A stretch of DNA of 64,000 nucleotides from Candidatus Magasanikiibacteriota bacterium. Its GTDB lineage: Bacteria; Patescibacteriota; Patescibacteriia; Magasanikbacterales; UBA922. The stretch spans positions 541,671 through 605,670 of the forward strand of contig JAKITS010000001.1 of the NCBI GenBank assembly GCA_021648085.1. The letters are read 5' to 3'. A model generated the notes under the pieces. The model saw only the letters and a program-made list of their open reading frames with translations. It made no database searches and was not told the origin of the DNA. Position numbers and translations under genes: made by a program. Below, piece by piece: positions 57,211 through 64,000 of this stretch (position 1 is the stretch's first letter; each line of letters starts with the position of its first letter).

Positions 57211-58563
57211 TTATGGTTTCACTCTATTCAAGACCCTTGGAAATGGAATGCACTCGCGCACATGTTGCACTCCAGAAAGCCAGCGAACAATTCGCTCCAA
57301 ACCAAATCCAAAACCAGAATGTGGCACACTTCCATACTTCCTTAAGTCCAAATACCAAGCAAAATCTTCTTCAGACAATCCAGATTCTTTTATCCTTTTC
57401 AACAATTCACCATAATTATCCTCACGCTGTGAACCTCCTGCAATTTCTCCACCACCTTCAGTTGCTATCAAATCATTATTCAAGGCAATTTTTCCAGTCT
57501 CATCGCGTTTCATATAAAATGGCTTTATTTCTGCTGGCCATTTTTCCACAAAAACAGGCACATTACTATCTTTTGTAAGCATTCCTTCGTCATCATTCCC
57601 CAAGTCTTCTCCATATTTTATATCAGACCCAAGTTTATTCAATTTTTGTATAGCTTCAGTATAAGTATATCTTGTAAAAGGATTGTCTACTATTTTTTGC
57701 AAAGCTTCTGTATTACGCCCCAAAATTTCCAATTCTTTTTTACATTCATTCAAAACTTTCCCCACAATATGTTTTACCAATCCTTCTTGAATATCCATAT
57801 TTTCATTATGCTCTACAAAAGCTCCTTCTGCATCCATCATCCAAAATTCTGTAAGATGTCTTTTTGTTTTTGATTTTTCTGCACGAAATACTGGCCCAAA
57901 ATCATAACAACGCCCAACAGAGGCAATAGCAGCCTCTGCATAAAGCTGACCAGATTGTGTTAGATAAACCTCACCAAGATCAAAATATGGAACAGGAAAA
58001 AGAGTGGTGGTTCCTTCACAAGCATTTGGTGTAAAAATTGGCGAATCTACACGAATAAACCTCTCTTTGTGCAGATATTCCGAAATAGCAAGTATTACAA
58101 CATCACGCATCCTGAGAATAGCCCACTGTTTTTTACTACGAAGCCACAAATGCCTATTATCCAACAAAAAGTCTGGTCCGTGATCTTTTAGACTAATTGG
58201 GTACTCTTCAGACTTACCCACCAACTCAAACCCTTCGACCTGCATTTCAAAAACATTGTCTTTTTTTGGATGTTTTGTAATTTTTCCAGTTAATTTTACT
58301 GAAGACTCTTGTGTTAAATTTTCTACAATATTCCAAACACTTTCATCAACCTCACTTTTTGAAACCACAGCCTGAATAAACCCACTTCCATCACGAATCT
58401 GCAAAAAAGCAATAGACCCAGAAGAACGTGTATTATAAATCCATCCTTTTAATGTAACTGTTTTTTCTATAAATTCTGACACCTGGTCAATAAAAATATT
58501 CATACTTTTATATATAAAGGAGAAGATTTTTATGTCTTCTCCTTGAGTTTTAAAAAATTTCAC
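57211..58563 (-). CDS. asnS: Asparagine--tRNA ligase (class IIb; an archaeal-type AspRS cannot be excluded)
   Basis: 450 aa; N-terminal OB anticodon-binding domain, class II motifs (FRAE, GGGEIAGGSQRE). The length fits AsnRS, and a bacterial AspRS is adjacent. Confidence 0.78.
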   Translation of the reverse strand: MKFFKTQGEDIKIFSFIYKSMNIFIDQVSEFIEKTVTLKGWIYNTRSSGSIAFLQIRDGSGFIQAVVSKSEVDESVWNIVENLTQESSVKLTGKITKHPKKDNVFEMQVEGFELVGKSEEYPISLKDHGPDFLLDNRHLWLRSKKQWAILRMRDVVILAISEYLHKERFIRVDSPIFTPNACEGTTTLFPVPYFDLGEVYLTQSGQLYAEAAIASVGRCYDFGPVFRAEKSKTKRHLTEFWMMDAEGAFVEHNENMDIQEGLVKHIVGKVLNECKKELEILGRNTEALQKIVDNPFTRYTYTEAIQKLNKLGSDIKYGEDLGNDDEGMLTKDSNVPVFVEKWPAEIKPFYMKRDETGKIALNNDLIATEGGGEIAGGSQREDNYGELLKRIKESGLSEEDFAWYLDLRKYGSVPHSGFGFGLERIVRWLSGVQHVRECIPFPRVLNRVKP

Positions 58564-58565
58564 TA

Positions 58566-59090
58566 TTAGTAGACTTCTGTACTTGTACCCTTACATTTTT
58601 TATAAACACTGCCCATTACCTGCTCTCCATTCTTGTCATATACAACCCACCAACCAATTCTACAACCTACATCATAGGTTCCCATCATTCTGATAACACC
58701 ACGCTCATCATAAAAAACCCAATCCCCATCTAGTTCATCATTTACAATAAAACCTTCTTCGGCAACCACACCATTTTTATGATAAACCTTTTCCAAACCA
58801 TTTCTAATATTATTTTCGTAATGTCGCTGCACTTGTACTTTACCATTTAAATAAAGTTTTTTCCAGACACCGTGTTTTGTGCCATCCGATTTTCTACAAA
58901 ACAATACTAAATTCTCAAAATCTAGCAAATACCAATCTGAGTAAGTGCCCTTTTCACACTCCATTTCCAGACTTTCAGTATAATTTTCTGGCCATTCCCA
59001 CATTTGATTTTCCAGAAAGAAAACCGCAGGATCAGGGGTAGAAAATATTATAAGTCCTGTACAAATAATAATTGTAGAGTCAAGTGCCAT
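58566..59090 (-). CDS. MORN-variant repeat protein (YwqK-like family)
   Basis: 174 aa; repeated G-x-W-x-x-Y-Y/D-x-x-G units (HGVWKKLYLNGK, DGDWVFYDERG). Confidence 0.7.
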   Translation of the reverse strand: MALDSTIIICTGLIIFSTPDPAVFFLENQMWEWPENYTESLEMECEKGTYSDWYLLDFENLVLFCRKSDGTKHGVWKKLYLNGKVQVQRHYENNIRNGLEKVYHKNGVVAEEGFIVNDELDGDWVFYDERGVIRMMGTYDVGCRIGWWVVYDKNGEQVMGSVYKKCKGTSTEVY

Positions 59091-59626
59091 TATAAACCCC
59101 TTTCATATTTTTCAACAACTTCAGATCTACAAGTCTTAGCATCTGCAAAAATTTTTACAATCTTATTTTCATTTTCATCGTAAAAATACCAAATCCCATC
59201 CTTGCACCCATCTCTAAATTTTCCACTTGAAAATTTATTTCCATTTTTATAATATGTAGTCCATATTCCGTTTGGTTTACCTTTTTTATATAACCCATCA
59301 CTTTTCAACATACCACTCTCATAATAAGTCTTCCAAATTCTGCAAAGTTTACCCTCACAAAAAGTAGAGTCTATATAGAGCTGGCCGTTCAAATAATAAA
59401 CCCTTCTTTTACCATGCCAAATATTATTTTTACGCTCGCATCTATTTTCCAAAAATACTTTATTCTCAGAAAATTTTTGTTCTGTGCCTTCACCGCAAAC
59501 AAGCTCAAACCCTTGAACTTTCATTTTTGGTGTTTCTATTTTTAATTCTGAAACCACAACCTCAAGCCCAGCACCACAAGATGTAAGTAAAAATAATGAC
59601 ACAAAAAGTTTCACCAAAACACACAT
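59090..59626 (-). CDS. MORN-variant repeat lipoprotein (YwqK-like), paralog of the downstream gene
   Basis: 178 aa; signal peptide with lipobox LLTSC; repeats GKPNGIWTTYYKNG, DGCKDGIWYFYDEN. Stop overlaps the next start. Confidence 0.7.
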   Translation of the reverse strand: MCVLVKLFVSLFLLTSCGAGLEVVVSELKIETPKMKVQGFELVCGEGTEQKFSENKVFLENRCERKNNIWHGKRRVYYLNGQLYIDSTFCEGKLCRIWKTYYESGMLKSDGLYKKGKPNGIWTTYYKNGNKFSSGKFRDGCKDGIWYFYDENENKIVKIFADAKTCRSEVVEKYERGL

Positions 59627-59704
59627 ACCCCCTCCTAATCTATAGTTGTATATTTAAAAGAACATTTATATCTCACCACGAATACCACAAAGTGTCAAGT
59701 AAAA

Positions 59705-60451
59705 TTAAACAAAAAAACTCAAATTCACCCTACTTACTTCTTTTTCGTTGAAACTTTCCAAATAGCGAATTATAAATTTATATACTTTTTCTGGATTTTC
59801 TGTATTTTCAATACTACCAACTTCACTAAATTTACTAATTATTAAAGTTATCATATCATTTCTAATTCCTCCTAAAAATGCTAGATCTTTTGACTGTATA
59901 AAGTGTTTAATCTTACAATTTTCACATAAAACCCCACCTCCAGAAAAATGAAAAAACCATGAATTTCCACCATCATAACACCTTCTAGGACAATGAACAC
60001 AAAAATTTAACTGTGGTAAAAAACCAAGCAAAGCAGACATTTTTAAAGTAAAAGAATTTAAAAGTGTAATATAATTTACAACACAACTAAGCTCATTTAA
60101 AAAATTCAACCAACTGTATAAAAAAATAAAAACCTTATTGTCTGGAAGATTTTCCTGTGTCAATTCGCTCAACATTTTTACGGTAAACTGTGCCAATAAA
60201 ATTTTTTTAAAATCTTGTCGTAAATTAGAAAAAGAATTTATAGACTGAACACTACCTAAAATTCTCATTTCTTTTCCTTGCAAAATTTCCGCATCCACAA
60301 AACAAAACGGCTCCAAATTGGCCGAATTTTTACTTACAATTTTCTTAACTCCACGCGCCAAAACATCAACCTTTCCACTATCTTTTGTATAAAAAGTTAT
60401 CAACTGGTCATTTTCACGAAAATCTCTTCGCTCCAAAACAATTGCATACAT
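59705..60451 (-). CDS. recO: DNA repair protein RecO
   Basis: 248 aa; N-terminal OB fold, C-terminal C4 zinc motif (CVHC...CENC). Confidence 0.85.
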   Translation of the reverse strand: MYAIVLERRDFRENDQLITFYTKDSGKVDVLARGVKKIVSKNSANLEPFCFVDAEILQGKEMRILGSVQSINSFSNLRQDFKKILLAQFTVKMLSELTQENLPDNKVFIFLYSWLNFLNELSCVVNYITLLNSFTLKMSALLGFLPQLNFCVHCPRRCYDGGNSWFFHFSGGGVLCENCKIKHFIQSKDLAFLGGIRNDMITLIISKFSEVGSIENTENPEKVYKFIIRYLESFNEKEVSRVNLSFFV

Positions 60452-60465
60452 ATATTATATATACT

Positions 60466-60846
60466 CTAATTCTGTAAATACTCCTGCAAAATAACCATTG
60501 CAGCCTTCTCATCGCGATAAGCTTCACCACCCATCTCATCTGCTTCGTGAGAAGAATATCTTTCATCTGCAAACTCAATTGGTGTATCAATTTTCAATTT
60601 TATTTTTTCTGCAAATTCTCGAACTTTTTTTGAATTTTTAGTCTCTTCTCCACTTTCCAAACCAACCGGCAAGCCTATTACAATCTTATCAAAATTTTCT
60701 TTTAAAATTAATTTAGCAAACTCTTGTATTTTCTCATCTTCGCCCTCCCATTCAAAAACACCAAAAGGTAAAACAACATCTACAGCGTCTCTTTTTACAG
60801 CCAAACCAATCCTTTTTGTTCCAAAATCAATACCTAAAATATTCAT
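60466..60846 (-). CDS. ruvX: Holliday-junction resolvase-like RNase YqgF/RuvX
   Basis: 126 aa; MNILGIDFGTKRIGLAV signature. Confidence 0.9.
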   Translation of the reverse strand: MNILGIDFGTKRIGLAVKRDAVDVVLPFGVFEWEGEDEKIQEFAKLILKENFDKIVIGLPVGLESGEETKNSKKVREFAEKIKLKIDTPIEFADERYSSHEADEMGGEAYRDEKAAMVILQEYLQN

Positions 60847-60848
60847 AT

Positions 60849-61664
60849 TTATTTTTCTAAAGGTCTTCTGGTCACTACAATTGGATCGCCTTCTGTAATT
60901 ATAACAGTATGCTCAAAATGTGCACACAAACTTTTGTCTGCAGTTTCTATTGTCCAATCGTCATCTGCTGTCACGATATCACCCCCCCCCATTGTTATCA
61001 TTGGTTCCAATGCCAAAACCATTCCAGCTTTCAAAATAATTCTCTTCAAGCTAGAATCATAAAAATTTGGAACCCTAGGCTCTTCGTGTACATGAAACCC
61101 TACGCCATGTCCTATCAAATCTCGCACAATTCCATACCCTTTTGGATCTACATAATCCTGAATAGCTTCTCCAATATCAGATAGTTTATTTCCAGCTCTA
61201 CATTTATCAATTCCGATTTCCAAAGCTTTTTTTGTCACATTCATCAGACCTTGAGTTTTCTCAGGAATTTTCCCAACAGCCACAGTCAAAGCCGTATCTG
61301 TAAAATATCCATTTTTATTCTCCCCTTCTCCACATTTTCTAGGCCACTGCATTCCAATATCCATACTAAAAATATCCCCCTCTTTCAGAATATCCTTATC
61401 CCTTGCAACCCCATGAACCAACTCATGATTTCTAGCAACACAAACAGTACCAGGAAATCCTTTCCTGTATTTATCTCCACCATAACCTTTAAAAGCTGGC
61501 AATCCACCAGCTTCTTTTATAAGTCTTTCAGCTTCTTTATCTATCTCAGCAGTACTTATTCCATGTACTGCCATTTTGGATATCTTTTCCAAAACCTCAC
61601 CCAAAATTTTTCCACCTTTCACAAGTTTATCTTGAACTTCTTTTGGTTTTATAAAATTCATCAT
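60849..61664 (-). CDS. map: Methionine aminopeptidase type I
   Basis: 271 aa; pita-bread fold with metal ligands D, D, H, E, E in conserved context. Confidence 0.9.
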   Translation of the reverse strand: MMNFIKPKEVQDKLVKGGKILGEVLEKISKMAVHGISTAEIDKEAERLIKEAGGLPAFKGYGGDKYRKGFPGTVCVARNHELVHGVARDKDILKEGDIFSMDIGMQWPRKCGEGENKNGYFTDTALTVAVGKIPEKTQGLMNVTKKALEIGIDKCRAGNKLSDIGEAIQDYVDPKGYGIVRDLIGHGVGFHVHEEPRVPNFYDSSLKRIILKAGMVLALEPMITMGGGDIVTADDDWTIETADKSLCAHFEHTVIITEGDPIVVTRRPLEK

Positions 61665-61666
61665 AA

Positions 61667-62242
61667 TTATTTTAACACTTTATTTATGCTTTTTGTCACT
61701 TCCTCTATATTTTTACTACCGTCCACCACTTTTAATATATCTATTTTTTTATAGTAATTCACAATGGGTCTTATCTTCGCATTTCCCTGATCTTCCATTC
61801 TTTTTAGAATTACATCTTTTTTGTCATCCTCTCTACCTTCATGACGCTTCAAAAGCCTTTCTGTGGCTATTTCATCAGTCAATTCTATTTCTACTGCCAT
61901 TATATCATTTTGCCATCCTTTTTCCTTAAAAAACCTATCATAAGCTTCTGCCTGCTCTAAATTCCTTATAGCGCCGTCCAGTACTACACCGTCACTTTCA
62001 TTCATCTTTTTTTCTATTTCCGCAAAAGCAAGTTTATACACAATCTCGTCTGCAACCATTTTCCCATCTTTAATTCCCTCAACTGCTTTTACTATTTTTC
62101 CGTCCGCATTTTCATCTGCCAAAATAGCACGAAAAAGATTTCCAGTAGAAATATGAGTATAACTATAATTCTCCGCAATCAACTTTGCCTGAGTTCCCTT
62201 ACCACTTCCAGGAATACCAAGTAAAATAATAATTTTTTTCAT
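61667..62242 (-). CDS. adk: Adenylate kinase (short lid, no zinc cysteines)
   Basis: 191 aa; P-loop GIPGSGKGTQ, NMP-binding and lid segments. Confidence 0.9.
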   Translation of the reverse strand: MKKIIILLGIPGSGKGTQAKLIAENYSYTHISTGNLFRAILADENADGKIVKAVEGIKDGKMVADEIVYKLAFAEIEKKMNESDGVVLDGAIRNLEQAEAYDRFFKEKGWQNDIMAVEIELTDEIATERLLKRHEGREDDKKDVILKRMEDQGNAKIRPIVNYYKKIDILKVVDGSKNIEEVTKSINKVLK

Positions 62243-62424
62243 AACTAAATGTTTTTAGTCTCGATTTATTAAATAAAAAAATCTTCTTTTTTGCACTCGC
62301 TCGGTTATAATAAATCTACGCTTCGCTTCGACTTATTACAACTCTCACTCGTTTAAAAAATAAAAAATAGTGGAGTTTCCACATAAATAATTTAACACTT
62401 TTCACTATAAAAATCAAGTAATAA

Positions 62425-62456
62425 AAAACCACCCTCTCGGATGGTTTTTTTAAAGT
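62425..62456. terminator. Hairpin plus T-run terminator after secY
   Basis: AAAAAACCACCCTCTCGGATGGTTTTTTT (imperfect 7-bp stem). Confidence 0.45.
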
Positions 62457-62457
62457 T

Positions 62458-63729
62458 TTAAACTCTATCGTATTCATGCATTGTTATTTGTGCTTCCGTT
62501 TGTTTTGCGGTGTCAATTGCTACTGACACTACAATTAGCAAACTTGTACCACCAATCGCTAGCGATTGTGTCTGGGTTATTCCCTGCACAATCAAAGGAA
62601 GAATTGCAATACCTGCTAGGAATAAAGCTCCAAACAGTACTATCTTATTCATTGTTGATTTCAGATAATTTTCAGTTTCTTTACCAGGACGAATTCCTGG
62701 GATAAATGCACCTTGTCTTTGTAAATTTTCTGCCATCTGGTCTGGATGGAATATAACCTCTGTATAAAAGTAGGTAAATCCAAATACCATCAAGAAATAT
62801 AAAACTCCGTAAATAATCTGATTATTAAAAATATCAACTGTCACTCTCGCAACAGTACCCAAAACTCCTGGATTACTCACAAAGAATTGGGCGACAAGCG
62901 GAGGGAATAGTACAACTGAAATTGCAAAAATAATAGGGATAACTCCAGCCATATTCACACGAAGTGGTAAGTGTGTTTGCTGACCTTGACCTGCTCTACC
63001 TCGAATTTGCCGTGCATATTTAACAGGAATATTCCTTTGTCCCTCACTAATTATAACCACTGCAATTATCGTAATTACAGACACTATTGCAAATAAAACA
63101 TATGTAAACAAGTCTGCTGAGTTATAGTTTATAATTAAGTTTTGAAGAACTCCAGGAACAGCAGATATTATACCAGCAAAGATTAATAAAGATATACCAT
63201 TCCCAACTTTTTTTTCACTAATTAATTCTCCAATCCACATCAAGAACATAGTTCCTGCTGTAATTGTAATCATAATAGAGCTAAGTTGGAAAACAGTTAT
63301 ATCCCCTACAATATCATATTGAGACTGACGCAATATATTTATCATTGCGTAAGATTGTAAAAACGCAAGAGGAACAGTAGCAAGGCGAGTATACATACTT
63401 ATCTTTTGCTGACCTGCCTCGCCTTCTTTTTGCATTTCCTCTATCTTTGGATAGATCATACCCAAAAGCTGAAATATAATTGAAGATGTAATATAAGGTG
63501 CTATTCCAAGCATCACAATAGAGAAGTTCTCCATTGTTCCACCAGAAAACAAGTTCATCATTCCAAATATCTGATTTCCATCCAAAAATCTACCAAGATT
63601 TTCTACATTAATTCCAGGAACTGGAATGTGGGCTGCCAATCTGAAAACAACCAACATTGCCAATACAAACAAAACGTTTTTGCGAATATCTTTTATTTTC
63701 CAGATACGAATAATTTTTTCCCACCACAT
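62458..63729 (-). CDS. secY: Preprotein translocase subunit SecY
   Basis: 423 aa; 10 TM helices, typical SecY N-terminal signature. Confidence 0.95.
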   Translation of the reverse strand: MWWEKIIRIWKIKDIRKNVLFVLAMLVVFRLAAHIPVPGINVENLGRFLDGNQIFGMMNLFSGGTMENFSIVMLGIAPYITSSIIFQLLGMIYPKIEEMQKEGEAGQQKISMYTRLATVPLAFLQSYAMINILRQSQYDIVGDITVFQLSSIMITITAGTMFLMWIGELISEKKVGNGISLLIFAGIISAVPGVLQNLIINYNSADLFTYVLFAIVSVITIIAVVIISEGQRNIPVKYARQIRGRAGQGQQTHLPLRVNMAGVIPIIFAISVVLFPPLVAQFFVSNPGVLGTVARVTVDIFNNQIIYGVLYFLMVFGFTYFYTEVIFHPDQMAENLQRQGAFIPGIRPGKETENYLKSTMNKIVLFGALFLAGIAILPLIVQGITQTQSLAIGGTSLLIVVSVAIDTAKQTEAQITMHEYDRV

Positions 63730-63780
63730 AAAGTAAGTACTATAAAATTGAGTAAAAAGAAACAGGAACTACAAACAGTT

Positions 63781-64000
63781 TTATTCAATAGAGCCACCAG
63801 CTTTTTCAATTGCTTCTCTTGCTTTTGCAGAAACACCACAACCTTTTACTGCTATCTTTTTTGTAAGTTCTCCGTTAGATACTATCTTAACACCATTTCT
63901 AGCTTTTGCAATAATCTTCAACTTTTTTAAAGACTCCGGTGTTACAATTTCCATCTTATCTGCAAATTTTTCAAGCGTAGACAAAGACACAGTCTCCTTT
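63781..64000 (-). CDS. rplO: 50S ribosomal protein L15, C-terminal part (gene continues past window end)
   Basis: C-terminal L15-like sequence GVKIVSNGELTKKIAVKGCGVSAKAREAIEKAGGSIE, immediately upstream of secY. Confidence 0.8.
   Translation of the reverse strand, partial: KETVSLSTLEKFADKMEIVTPESLKKLKIIAKARNGVKIVSNGELTKKIAVKGCGVSAKAREAIEKAGGSIE

Overview
The window is low-GC, gene-dense bacterial chromosome, read in the standard genetic code. Gene content suggests a reduced-genome lineage such as Patescibacteria/CPR, but that is only an inference.

Most of the window is housekeeping. Recognisable genes include rplL, rplJ, tsaD, a TsaB-like gene, dnaE, pheS, pheT, rseP, a phosphohexomutase, a ClpC-like ATPase, radA, guaB, recG, an LCP-family protein, der, pth, dprA, topA, rel, parA, parB, scpA, scpB, aspS, asnS, recO, ruvX, map, adk, secY and a truncated rplO. 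There are four tRNAs: Glu, Ala, Arg and Leu. A cell-envelope operon (partial DUF4012 protein, GT2 glycosyltransferase, TsaB-like protein, HTH protein) sits at the 5-prime edge.

The features that housekeeping does not explain are listed below.
- A modular, hairpin-rich intergenic repeat family of roughly 150-360 bp is present in five copies. Two long copies directly flank a small orphan gene.
- A second short REP-like repeat (core CGTCATCCTGAGCGAAG...GGATCTCG) occurs in seven copies. One copy is nested inside a copy of the first family.
- A near-identical terminator hairpin (AAAACCAGTAGAAATACTGGTTTT) recurs five times. A roughly 100-bp promoter/leader module is duplicated upstream of two membrane-protein genes.
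- A tight four-gene extracytoplasmic operon at 25347-30392 encodes a charged two-helix membrane protein, a TolB-like beta-propeller, a DsbA-like oxidoreductase and a cysteine-rich protein with two transmembrane helices and a C-terminal M15/LAS peptidase domain. This is the best candidate for a new surface or cell-wall remodelling module.
- A perfect 29-bp direct repeat of the tRNA-Leu 3-prime end lies 159 bp downstream of it, which looks like an attachment-site remnant.
- A 35-bp inverted repeat lies in the rplJ leader.

No CRISPR array, rRNA or intact mobile element with a transposase or integrase was seen.
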